In this document: one piece after another, positions 16,506 through 24,456 of the stretch | Position numbering within the stretch: position 1 is the stretch's first letter | Layout: every line of letters starts with the position of its first letter | Source of the DNA: an uncultured Candidatus Saccharibacteria bacterium | GTDB taxonomy: Bacteria > Patescibacteriota > Minisyncoccia > Phycocordibacterales > UBA9973 | Assembly (NCBI GenBank): GCA_964474435.1 | Contig: CAYYSI010000001.1 | Coordinates: 62,647 to 126,646 of the forward strand | DNA length: 64,000 nucleotides | Reading direction: 5' to 3' | Made by a program: the position numbers and the translations under genes | Notes under the pieces: generated by a model | The model's database searches: none | Seen by the model: the letters and a program-made list of their open reading frames with translations, nothing else | What the model was told of the DNA's origin: nothing

Positions 16506-17261
16506 ATGAATACAAAATTATGGGGAGGAATAGTGGTAACGATATTGGTTATTGGAGGCATCATATGGGCACACAATCAGGCACCAGTGGACATGAATGT
16601 GCCACAAGAGGTGAAAAATGATGTGGTCTTTTATGATCAGGCAACTGGGGAGGCGGTACCGGCATCATTTGGCGCAAGTAGTGTGACATTTACCGAGGAA
16701 TCATTGGGTACTATGACATTGCCACAGGCAATGTCTGCATCCGGTGCGCGCTATGCCAATGCTGATGAGAGTATTGTGTTCTGGAACAAGGGTGATTCAG
16801 TGTTTATTACACAAAATGGCACGATCATCTTTAATGGTTCTACTAGCACACCTGCAGTATCTACAGATACTCCCAAAGGTAAGCTTCCAGCGGGCTCAAA
16901 AGCTCCTGGAGATCCAAAAGCACTCATCGGGACATGGGTGTGGGACAGGACAGTGATGCGTGATGGTAGTGTGCTTATTCCTAATAAGTCAGGAGTAGTA
17001 TTCACACTTACTCTTACAACTGATGGCAAGGTCTCAGGTAAGACTGATTGTAATGGTTTTGGGGGTGAATATAAAATTGGAAGTGATGGATTCATATCAT
17101 TTGGTCCATTTGTGTCGACACAGATGTATTGTGAAGGCTCACAAGAGAGTATATACACCAATGCTCTTTTGAAGGCGACTCGGTATGCATTTGATGCACG
17201 ACTAAACTTGGTGATCAATATTGAAGGGGGTACCAGTACGATGATATTTACCAAGAAATAA
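16506..17261 (+). CDS. secreted two-domain protein: MliC-like (lysozyme-inhibitor fold) plus META/HslJ-like domain
   Basis: A signal peptide/TM is followed by ...SGARYANADESIVFWNKGDSVFITQNG... (MliC-like), then ...LIGTWVWDRTVMRDGS...YCEGS...YAFDARLNL... (META / DUF306-like). Confidence 0.6.
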   Translation: MNTKLWGGIVVTILVIGGIIWAHNQAPVDMNVPQEVKNDVVFYDQATGEAVPASFGASSVTFTEESLGTMTLPQAMSASGARYANADESIVFWNKGDSVFITQNGTIIFNGSTSTPAVSTDTPKGKLPAGSKAPGDPKALIGTWVWDRTVMRDGSVLIPNKSGVVFTLTLTTDGKVSGKTDCNGFGGEYKIGSDGFISFGPFVSTQMYCEGSQESIYTNALLKATRYAFDARLNLVINIEGGTSTMIFTKK

Positions 17262-17356
17262 TTGCTCATTCCATATCTGGTATGGGTATGGTATAATATA
17301 CGGGACGGCGGGGGACACCCCCACAACGCCTCAGTTTAGTAATAATCAATATCATT

Positions 17357-17623
17357 ATGCCAACAGCAGCACCAAAAGCGAACTCAGCGTTCATGAAGCC
17401 AATGAAACTTAGTCCAGAACTCGAAGCAGTGGTCGGAACAGGACCAATGCCACGAAGTGAAGTGGTTAAGGCTCTCTGGGTGTACATCAAGAAGCATGAC
17501 CTTCAGGACCCAGCAAACAAGCGCAACATCAACGCCGATGACAAGCTCAAGAAAGTATTCGACGGCAAGGCAACGGTGAACATGTTCGAAATGACAAAGC
17601 TCGTTTCAAAGCATCTCTCATAA
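17357..17623 (+). CDS. SWIB/MDM2-domain protein
   Basis: PSPELEAVVGTGPMPRSEVVKALWVYIKKHDLQDPANKRNINADDKLKKVFDG is a canonical SWIB domain. A terminator follows at 17632-17663. Confidence 0.75.
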   Translation: MPTAAPKANSAFMKPMKLSPELEAVVGTGPMPRSEVVKALWVYIKKHDLQDPANKRNINADDKLKKVFDGKATVNMFEMTKLVSKHLS

Positions 17624-17631
17624 CTCTCTCA

Positions 17632-17663
17632 ATAAAAACCTCTCCATGTTGGAGAGGTTTTTA
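17632..17663 (+). terminator. rho-independent terminator CCTCTCCA-tgt-TGGAGAGG followed by T5
   Basis: An 8-bp stem is followed by TTTTTAT, directly after the SWIB gene. Confidence 0.75.
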
Positions 17664-17683
17664 TATTGGCATATACTTCGTAC

Positions 17684-18871
17684 ATGGACGACGAACCAGA
17701 GCGACAGTCGCATCGACATCATTTTGTGTTTTTCTTTTTTATCCTCGCATTTATATTCTCGATCGGCACGATCGGTCCCGAAAAGGCATTTCATATGCCA
17801 CAGTCCGCCCCCAGTGTTGCAAGTACCGAAAGTACTGTTGACATCCCGCCAGCTGAGACCATTATCAGGTCAGAGATCTCGTCACCGCATCAAGAACAAC
17901 CATATCGACTCCATGGCATATACCTCACAGGATGGAAGGCTGGTACGACATCTGGTCTTGCACATGCGCACGAGCTGATCGAGGGAGGCATCGTCAACGC
18001 AGTCATCATCGATATCAAGGACTCAACAGGCAAACTCTCGTACGAGCCACTTGATCCGATCCTTGCTGCGACAGGGGTAGGGACGAAACGTATACGAGAT
18101 CTCGCTGGAGTGATCAAAACATTCCATGATCGCGGTGTCTATGTGATCGGGCGTGTCGCAGTATTCCAAGACCCATTTTACTCACATCTGCATCCAGAGG
18201 ACGCGCTGCATGATACGCGCACGGGTGGCGTATGGACTGATTACAAAAATATCGCATGGCTGCGACCCGACAGTGTTGCGGTCTGGGACTATACGGCAGC
18301 AATCGCGCACGATGCATATACCCAAGGCTTTGACGAGATCAATCTCGACTACGTCAGGTTTCCATCTGACGGCGAATTGAAATTCATCGATATGACGCAT
18401 ATGGCAAAAAATAAGGCAGAGACAATCCAAGATTTCTTTGCGGGGATGGATGAACGAGTGAGGGCAGAGGGGGTCGGGATGTCAGCAGACGTCTTTGGGC
18501 TCACGATGAGTGCGGGAGATGATGTCGGTATTGGACAAAAGGCAGTGCTCATCGCGCCGCATGTGGACGCACTTGCACCAATGATCTATCCATCACATTT
18601 CTGGAATGGAACGTATGGGATACCAGTGCCTGCCAAAGAACCATACAAAGTTATATTTAAATCACTCTCCGATGGTATCGCAAAGCTTGCAGCTGCAGGT
18701 ATAGAAAAGGAAAAGCTCCGTCCATGGCTACAGGACTTTGATCTGCTTGGTGTTGCGTATACACCCGACATGGTGCGTGCACAGATCGAAGCGGCGCGCG
18801 ATGTCGGTATAGAGAGCTGGATGCTCTGGGATCCAAGAAACAACTATACGAAGGAAGTACTAGGACTCTAA
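17684..18871 (+). CDS. membrane-anchored putative glycoside-hydrolase-like TIM-barrel protein (DUF4015/GHL-type)
   Basis: An N-terminal TM (FVFFFFILAFIFSIG) is followed by a ~330-aa domain (GIYLTGWKAGT...DIKDSTG...DYVRFPSDGEL...) resembling uncharacterised putative glycosyl hydrolases. ATG at 17684 follows a -10 TATACT. The annotated TTG at 17666 is possible but lies upstream of the -10. Confidence 0.45.
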   Translation: MDDEPERQSHRHHFVFFFFILAFIFSIGTIGPEKAFHMPQSAPSVASTESTVDIPPAETIIRSEISSPHQEQPYRLHGIYLTGWKAGTTSGLAHAHELIEGGIVNAVIIDIKDSTGKLSYEPLDPILAATGVGTKRIRDLAGVIKTFHDRGVYVIGRVAVFQDPFYSHLHPEDALHDTRTGGVWTDYKNIAWLRPDSVAVWDYTAAIAHDAYTQGFDEINLDYVRFPSDGELKFIDMTHMAKNKAETIQDFFAGMDERVRAEGVGMSADVFGLTMSAGDDVGIGQKAVLIAPHVDALAPMIYPSHFWNGTYGIPVPAKEPYKVIFKSLSDGIAKLAAAGIEKEKLRPWLQDFDLLGVAYTPDMVRAQIEAARDVGIESWMLWDPRNNYTKEVLGL

Positions 18872-18876
18872 AACTG

Positions 18877-18949
18877 AGCCAGAAGTCGGGCTCGAACCGA
18901 CGACCACCCGTTTACAAAACGGGAGCTCTACCAACTGAGCTATTCTGGC
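18877..18949 (-). tRNA. tRNA-Thr (anticodon UGU)
   Basis: The reverse complement GCCAGAATAGCTCAGTTGGTAGAGCTCCCGTTTTGTAAACGGGTGGTCGTCGGTTCGAGCCCGACTTCTGGCT folds as a cloverleaf. The anticodon loop is TTTGTAA and the T-loop is TTCGAGC. CCA is not encoded. Confidence 0.85.
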
Positions 18950-18986
18950 GTACTACCCAACAGGCGTTGAGTAATTGGTGATACGA

Positions 18987-19370
18987 CTATATCATTTTTT
19001 GAGTTTTGGGCAAGCGTTTGTTGCCGGTTTTGCGAGGAGTAGAGATGCTTTTGAGGAAGTATGAGGATGGTCCTTGGGATAGACCAGTCATTGCATCATG
19101 CTTTGTAAATGCGGGTGCAGATTTGGGGAATACTTTCATAAAGGTAGTGCCTGCGCGCTTGGTACTCCATGAGAATACCTTTTTGGCCTGCATACCTGCA
19201 CTGTACCATCCGCGTCGAGTGAGGCGCAGGATTTGTGCCCATCGTGTTGCAAATGGTGCAGCTTCGATGAGTACGGACGGTACGCCTTGCGCGACCTTCC
19301 ATGAGACGTACATGCTATATATCCATGTACCGAGGATGAGTGTGACGAGTATGATGATCAGTACTATCAT
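18987..19370 (-). CDS. hypothetical small membrane protein, translationally coupled (ATGA overlap) to tsf
   Basis: Its ATG (19370-19368) overlaps the tsf TGA stop (19369-19367). The N-terminus MIVLIIILVTLILGTWIYSMYV is a TM helix and the C-terminus is basic. Confidence 0.45.
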   Translation of the reverse strand: MIVLIIILVTLILGTWIYSMYVSWKVAQGVPSVLIEAAPFATRWAQILRLTRRGWYSAGMQAKKVFSWSTKRAGTTFMKVFPKSAPAFTKHDAMTGLSQGPSSYFLKSISTPRKTGNKRLPKTQKMI

Positions 19371-20152
19371 GCACCTACAGTATACATCACAAACTTCTCG
19401 ACAGTTGCGCCGTTTTCAGAGGCATACTGTGCGATTGTTTTTTCAGGAGCCTTGAAGAATGGCTGCTCATCGAGTGTCTGCTCTTTGAAGTATGCGGCGA
19501 TCTTGCCTTCCATGATTTTTGCTTTCATTTCTGCGGGCTTGTCGATTGCGTCCATTTCAGATTTCAATACGTCCATCACTTGCGCCTTGTCTGCATCATT
19601 GATTTCAGATGTGTGTACATACTTTGGTTTCATTGCCGCAGTGTGCATCGCAATATCCTTTGCAACTTCAGGAGTTCCTCCGCTGAGTACAACGACGGTC
19701 GCAGTCTTGCCAGTGTGGTGTGTGTATGCGCCAACCACAGCACCTGATACTTCGTTGATAGAACCAAGTTTGATGTTCTCTCCGATTTTCAATACAACAT
19801 CGTTGATGAGTGCAGGTGCTTGTTCGCGGGCTGCAGCTTCACCACTTTCCCAAGCGATATCTGCGAGTTTGTTTGCGAGGGTTACGAAGTCATCGTTCTT
19901 TGCGACGAAGTCAGTCTCACAGTTCATGGTGAGTGTGAGCGCGCGCTTGCCGTCAGTACGCACGATGACGAGGCCGTCTGATGCATTGCGGTCTGATTTC
20001 TTTTCAGCGATTTCAGAACCCTTTTTGCGAAGGATGATCATTGCCTTGTCCATGTCGCCGTCTGCTTCCTCGAGCGCTTTGCGACATTGCATGACAGAGA
20101 CACTGGTTGCATCTCGGAGCTGTTTTACTTGTTCGGTGGTGATTGTAGACAT
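19367..20152 (-). CDS. tsf: translation elongation factor Ts
   Basis: MSTITTEQVKQLRDATSVSVMQCRKALEEADGDMDKAMIILRKKG is the EF-Ts N-terminal UBA-like region. The start was chosen at ATG 20152; the track ORF extends to 20251. Confidence 0.9.
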   Translation of the reverse strand: MSTITTEQVKQLRDATSVSVMQCRKALEEADGDMDKAMIILRKKGSEIAEKKSDRNASDGLVIVRTDGKRALTLTMNCETDFVAKNDDFVTLANKLADIAWESGEAAAREQAPALINDVVLKIGENIKLGSINEVSGAVVGAYTHHTGKTATVVVLSGGTPEVAKDIAMHTAAMKPKYVHTSEINDADKAQVMDVLKSEMDAIDKPAEMKAKIMEGKIAAYFKEQTLDEQPFFKAPEKTIAQYASENGATVEKFVMYTVGA

Positions 20153-20166
20153 GGGTATTTTTACGT

Positions 20167-20283
20167 TTCGTCTCAACGGATTATTCCTCGAAAACCGCGC
20201 GTAATTTTCTGCTGAAAATTCGCTATGCTCGGGCCAGTCGCCCTTGCGCAATGCTTTTCTCGAAACAATCCGTTTCGACTCAC
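20167..20283. repeat. structured intergenic repeat element, copy A (between rpsB and tsf)
   Basis: Imperfect ~25-bp outer inverted repeats (20167-20194 / 20256-20283) enclose a conserved core: hairpin AATTTTC-tgctg-AAAATTC plus hairpin GGGC-cagtc-GCCC. It is homologous to the copies at 51562-51678 and 62765-62873. Confidence 0.55.
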
Positions 20284-20300
20284 TGAATTAAATAATAATT

Positions 20301-20981
20301 TTACTTGTTTCCTTCGAAAGCGGCTTTTAGTATAGCAAGGATTTCAGTAATACTCGATGCTGAAGAATCATTTGCAATGATAGGGTAGGTGATACCGCGG
20401 ATAGAACAGTCAGTGTTGCCGATGGCGATCACTGGGATGTTCATCTTGCGAGCTTCGAGCACTGCAATGTGCTCTTTCTTGCTATCAACGACGATCACGA
20501 CGTCAGGCATTTTTGTCATACCAATAAGGCCAGAGAAGTATTTGTTGAGTCGTTCCATTTCACGGTTGAGGAGGAGTTGTTCCTTTTTGGTGTACTTTGC
20601 GTATTCACCTGAAACGCGTGACTCTTTCATGTCTTCGAGTTTCTGGATACGTCGCTTGATCTCGCCAAAGTTGGTGAGGATGCCGCCGATCCATCGTTCA
20701 GTCACATATGGCTGATGAAGGCTTGATGCAACATCAATGATTGCAGCGCGAGCTTCTGGCTTCACACCCACAAAGAGTGCAACCTTGCCAGCAGCACCGA
20801 GCTCTCCGAGGAATGTCGAAGCCGTCTCGAGCTGAGGCATGATTTTGTCGATATCGATAATGTCCGCACCATTTTTGCTCCCATAGAGGTATGGGGTAAC
20901 GGTAGGGTGGCGGCGAGTACGTGAGTACCCATAGTGTGCGCCGGCCTCCATGAGGCTAGCTGAGGTGATTTCTTTTTTCAT
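20301..20981 (-). CDS. rpsB: 30S ribosomal protein S2
   Basis: MKKEITSASLMEAGAHYGYSRTRRHPTVTPYLYGSKNGADIIDIDK... is a canonical uS2 N-terminus. The start was chosen at ATG 20981. Confidence 0.9.
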   Translation of the reverse strand: MKKEITSASLMEAGAHYGYSRTRRHPTVTPYLYGSKNGADIIDIDKIMPQLETASTFLGELGAAGKVALFVGVKPEARAAIIDVASSLHQPYVTERWIGGILTNFGEIKRRIQKLEDMKESRVSGEYAKYTKKEQLLLNREMERLNKYFSGLIGMTKMPDVVIVVDSKKEHIAVLEARKMNIPVIAIGNTDCSIRGITYPIIANDSSASSITEILAILKAAFEGNK

Positions 20982-21139
20982 AACAATCTGTAGCAGGAAG
21001 GGAACTGAGCCCAACCTTATTTAACTGAATAATTTCATCGAGAAGATGAGCCAAAACAATAGCATTTAGAGAGGGATATTGCAAGAGGATATATTGACAT
21101 TTATATAATATATGTTAAATTCATTTTAAATTAAATAAA

Positions 21140-21307
21140 TATGACTTATACAGCAAAAAAAGTTTTTGAAGTCGAAGAAGGTACGGTAGATGGAGGATGG
21201 CATAAAATTACTGTAAGACTTAATGGTAAATTTATTGAAGAATTTCTTAAGCCAACACAGAGAGAGGCAAGACAGGATTTTGAAGCTGCAGGCTATAAGA
21301 GAATTTG
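21140..21307 (+). CDS. small ORF (55 aa), hypothetical, with own strong terminator, directly upstream of proS
   Basis: ATG at 21140 and TGA at 21305-21307. The protein is MTYTAKKVFEVEEGTVDGGWHKITVRLNGKFIEEFLKPTQREARQDFEAAGYKRI. A TTGACA-type promoter lies at 21094 and a terminator at 21319-21352. It is below the ORF-track length cutoff. Confidence 0.4.
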
Positions 21308-21318
21308 AAATAGAGGTT

Positions 21319-21352
21319 AAAAAGCAGGTGTCCTCCCACCTGCTTTTTTTAT
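21319..21352 (+). terminator. rho-independent terminator AAGCAGGTG-tcctccc-CACCTGCTT followed by T7
   Basis: A perfect 9-bp stem is followed by TTTTTTTATT. It lies 25 nt upstream of the proS ATG. Confidence 0.85.
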
Positions 21353-21377
21353 TACCCAAAATGTGCGATTATAGGGC

Positions 21378-22631
21378 ATGCGACAGAGTCAGCTATTTAC
21401 GAAAACACGCAAGGAAGCGCCTGCTGACGAGGTGTCTAAAAATGCCGAATTGCTCATTCGGGCAGGATACGTCTACAAGGTCATGGCTGGTGTCTATGTC
21501 TATACACCACTTGGACTGCGAGTACTAGAGAACATCAAGCGAATCGTTCGTGAAGAAATGAATGCGATTGGTGGACAAGAACTCATCATGAGCTCACTTC
21601 AAAAGAAAAGCACTTGGGAAGAAACAGGACGATGGGATGACAACGTGGTTGATATTTGGTTCAAGTCAAAACTCAAAGATGATACTGAGGTTGGATTTGG
21701 TTGGTCACACGAAGAAGCAATCATTGAATTGGTAAAACAATATTTATCAAGTTACAAAGATTTGCCGATCAATGTGTATCAATTCCAAACAAAAATGCGC
21801 AACGAGCTTCGTGCCAAAAGCGGGATTATGCGCGGACGAGAATTTGTCATGAAAGATATGTACTCATGTAGTATCGATGCAACACAACACGAGGACTTTT
21901 ATCAAGCGACGATCAAGGCATACGAGCGTGTCTACGATCGCATCGGAATTGGAGCTGATACCTATATGACATTTGCGTCAGGTGGAGCGTTTACAAAATT
22001 TAGCCATGAGTTCCAAACGATCTGTGATGCGGGCGAAGACGTTATTTATTTGCACCGAGGCAAAAATATTGCGATTAATGAAGAAGTATTGAATGAAGAA
22101 ACACTTACAGACCTTGGTATTACTCGTGACGAACTTGAACAAGTAAAAACTGCTGAAGTTGGAAATATCTTTAATTTTGGTACACAAAAAAGTGAAGAAA
22201 CTAATTTTACATTCACCAACGAAGCGGGTGAGAAACAACATGTACACCTTGGATCATACGGTATCGGTATTACTCGCGTCATGGGAGTCGTTGTAGAAAA
22301 GTTTGCCGATGACAAAGGCATCGTATGGCCAGCATCAATCGCGCCGTTTAAAGTCCATCTTTTAGTTTTGGGAACTGATACACAAACACACATCGCAGCT
22401 GAGGAAGTGTACGCGCAGCTTTTGGAGAAAAATATTGAAGTGTTATTTGATGACCGACAAGGTATTGCACCAGGAGAAAAATTTGCAGATGCAGACTTGC
22501 TCGGCATGCCAGTACGAGTTGTGGTCTCGGATCGAAGTTTGGAAAAAGGCGGTGTAGAAATCAAAGAACGCACGAGTAGCGACAGTCGAATCGTGAATAC
22601 TTCTGAACTTTTCGATGTGTTAAACGCTTAG
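21378..22631 (+). CDS. proS: prolyl-tRNA synthetase, short form without the bacterial INS editing domain
   Basis: MRQSQLFTKTRKEAPADEVSKNAELLIRAGYVYK... matches the ProRS N-terminus. Class II motifs and a C-terminal anticodon-binding domain are present. Its 417 aa is much shorter than typical bacterial ProRS (~570). Confidence 0.9.
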   Translation: MRQSQLFTKTRKEAPADEVSKNAELLIRAGYVYKVMAGVYVYTPLGLRVLENIKRIVREEMNAIGGQELIMSSLQKKSTWEETGRWDDNVVDIWFKSKLKDDTEVGFGWSHEEAIIELVKQYLSSYKDLPINVYQFQTKMRNELRAKSGIMRGREFVMKDMYSCSIDATQHEDFYQATIKAYERVYDRIGIGADTYMTFASGGAFTKFSHEFQTICDAGEDVIYLHRGKNIAINEEVLNEETLTDLGITRDELEQVKTAEVGNIFNFGTQKSEETNFTFTNEAGEKQHVHLGSYGIGITRVMGVVVEKFADDKGIVWPASIAPFKVHLLVLGTDTQTHIAAEEVYAQLLEKNIEVLFDDRQGIAPGEKFADADLLGMPVRVVVSDRSLEKGGVEIKERTSSDSRIVNTSELFDVLNA

Positions 22632-22635
22632 GTCA

Positions 22636-23679
22636 ATGGTCAAATCTCTCTACCGCAGATTTTCAAATGACATCGGTATCGATCTCGGTACTGCCAACAC
22701 GCTTGTATACCTCAAGGGTCACGGGGTTATCATCAACGAGCCATCAATCGTCGCCGTGAACCAAAAGACCGGACAGATCGTCGCCGTTGGTCACGAAGCC
22801 AAAAAGATGTGGGGGAAAACTCCGACTCATATTTCTATAGTGCGTCCACTCATCGAAGGAGTCGTATCGGACTTTGATATGACGGAGGAAATGCTGGCGT
22901 ATTTTATTCGCAAAGCCGAGAAGCTTTCCAAAAAATTCTTCAGACCCCGAGTCGTGATCGGAGTGCCAAGTGGTATCACCAACGTCGAAATGCGCGCAGT
23001 GTATGATGCGGCGATTGATGCAGGTGCGCGCGAAGTATTCCTTGTGGAGGAAGCGATGGCTGCGGCGATCGGTGTGCGACTGCCAGTGCTTGAGCCCAAG
23101 GCGACGTTTATCGTCGACATTGGAGGAGGTACAACTGATATAGCACTCATTGCATTGGGAGGCGTTGTACGGTCCCTCAATCTGCGTATTGCCGGAGATC
23201 ATTTTAATGCGCGCGTGATTGAGTATTTGCGCGATGAATTCAAACTCCTCGTTGGTGAACCAACGGCAGAGTCCGTGAAGCTTGCGCTCGGGTCTGCGAT
23301 CGAGACCGAATATCAAGAAATCGAAGTACGCGGGCGTGATCTCGTCACAGGGCTCCCACGCGCACTCATGGTCACTGATGGAGATATACGCGAGGCGCTG
23401 ACACAGCCAGTTGGATTTTTGGTGTCTGGTATGCGCGAAGTGCTCGAGACTGCACCACCAGAAATGATGAGTGATGTATTGCAAAGTGGGATTATACTTA
23501 CAGGAGGTGGTGCATTGCTTCCAGGACTTGCGGCATTGCTTGAGATTGAGTTGTCACTTCCGATCAAGATTGCTGCAGATCCACTCTCGGCAGTTGCGCG
23601 CGGCACCGGCATCATATTAGAAAATTTTGAACAGTACGAAAGTGTGCTGTTGCCGCTTGATGAACATGTCATCCTTTAA
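22636..23679 (+). CDS. mreB: rod-shape-determining protein MreB (actin homologue)
   Basis: IGIDLGTANTLVY...GVPSGITNVEMRAVYDAA...DIGGGTTDIA are actin-fold phosphate motifs. The protein is 347 aa. Confidence 0.9.
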   Translation: MVKSLYRRFSNDIGIDLGTANTLVYLKGHGVIINEPSIVAVNQKTGQIVAVGHEAKKMWGKTPTHISIVRPLIEGVVSDFDMTEEMLAYFIRKAEKLSKKFFRPRVVIGVPSGITNVEMRAVYDAAIDAGAREVFLVEEAMAAAIGVRLPVLEPKATFIVDIGGGTTDIALIALGGVVRSLNLRIAGDHFNARVIEYLRDEFKLLVGEPTAESVKLALGSAIETEYQEIEVRGRDLVTGLPRALMVTDGDIREALTQPVGFLVSGMREVLETAPPEMMSDVLQSGIILTGGGALLPGLAALLEIELSLPIKIAADPLSAVARGTGIILENFEQYESVLLPLDEHVIL

Positions 23680-24421
23680 TCAAACAAAACGAAGACGAAA
23701 TGGATCACAAACTATAGTGCGTGTAGCTATGGTCGTAGTTGGTGTTGTTGTACTGTGGTTTGTGATACGTATTGTTGATAGCAACACGAGTACACATATC
23801 GCCCCTATCTCTGCGCCGACCGTCATCAACACGATGCTTCCGAAAAGTACATTGGTCAAAAAGATAAACGAACTCCAAACAACGCTCGAGAGTTATGATG
23901 CAGAACGCATTGCAAACAAAGCAACGCTTGATGAAAATGATAAACTCAAAGCCGAGCTCGGACGTACTCCGCGACCCACAGGAACACTCGCACATGTGCT
24001 CACACTCCCAAACCGCAGCTTTTATGGCACGTTCATTATCGATGCAGGCGAGGCACAGGGTGTGTATGTTGGACAGACGATTTATGCATTTGGGACGATT
24101 GCACTCGGGACAGTCACTGCCGTTGAAAACACTACTGCAACTGTGACACTCTTTAGTGCATCGGGACAGACGACGTCGGGGACTGCAGTAGGAAGTGATG
24201 TCGCAGTGACATTGCTCGGACGAGGTGGAGGAGAATACGAAGTGCGGTTGCCACGTGACGTGCATTTCGAAGTGGGCGGACTCATCACGTATCAGTCAGT
24301 CGACACCGCAGTCCTTGCAGAGATCGAACGCATTGCTACTGACCCACGTGATCCATTCCAAAAGTTATATGCAAAAGCACCGGTCAATCTCCAGGCGCTG
24401 AAATGGGTGATCGTGCGATAG
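23660..24421 (+). CDS. mreC: rod-shape-determining protein MreC
   Basis: It is immediately downstream of mreB and overlaps it by ~20 nt. An N-terminal TM is followed by a coiled coil and a beta-rich domain (GQTIYAFGTIALGTVTAV...). The start is ambiguous (23660 or 23666). Confidence 0.7.
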   Translation: MNMSSFNQTKRRRNGSQTIVRVAMVVVGVVVLWFVIRIVDSNTSTHIAPISAPTVINTMLPKSTLVKKINELQTTLESYDAERIANKATLDENDKLKAELGRTPRPTGTLAHVLTLPNRSFYGTFIIDAGEAQGVYVGQTIYAFGTIALGTVTAVENTTATVTLFSASGQTTSGTAVGSDVAVTLLGRGGGEYEVRLPRDVHFEVGGLITYQSVDTAVLAEIERIATDPRDPFQKLYAKAPVNLQALKWVIVR

Positions 24422-24456
24422 ATTTTATAGAGGTTTTGATGGTAAAATAAGGGGCG

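Noticed and set aside
19006-19455. 149-aa plus-strand ORF between tRNA-Thr and tsf
   Set aside because: It overlaps the 3' end of tsf antisense and the better-supported minus-strand ATGA-coupled gene 18987-19370. Its composition is Arg/His-rich.
21140-21377. Leader-peptide or T-box attenuation controlling proS (and similarly leuS at 41625-41865)
   Set aside because: The small ORFs contain only one Pro and one Leu codon respectively. No T-box consensus (AGGGTGGNACCGCG) or specifier-loop architecture is present upstream of the terminators. They are kept as an unexplained ORF-terminator-aaRS module instead.
22744-23484. 246-aa minus-strand ORF inside mreB
   Set aside because: It is antisense to an unmistakable actin-fold MreB. 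Its composition is His/Cys/Arg-rich, consistent with a spurious ORF.
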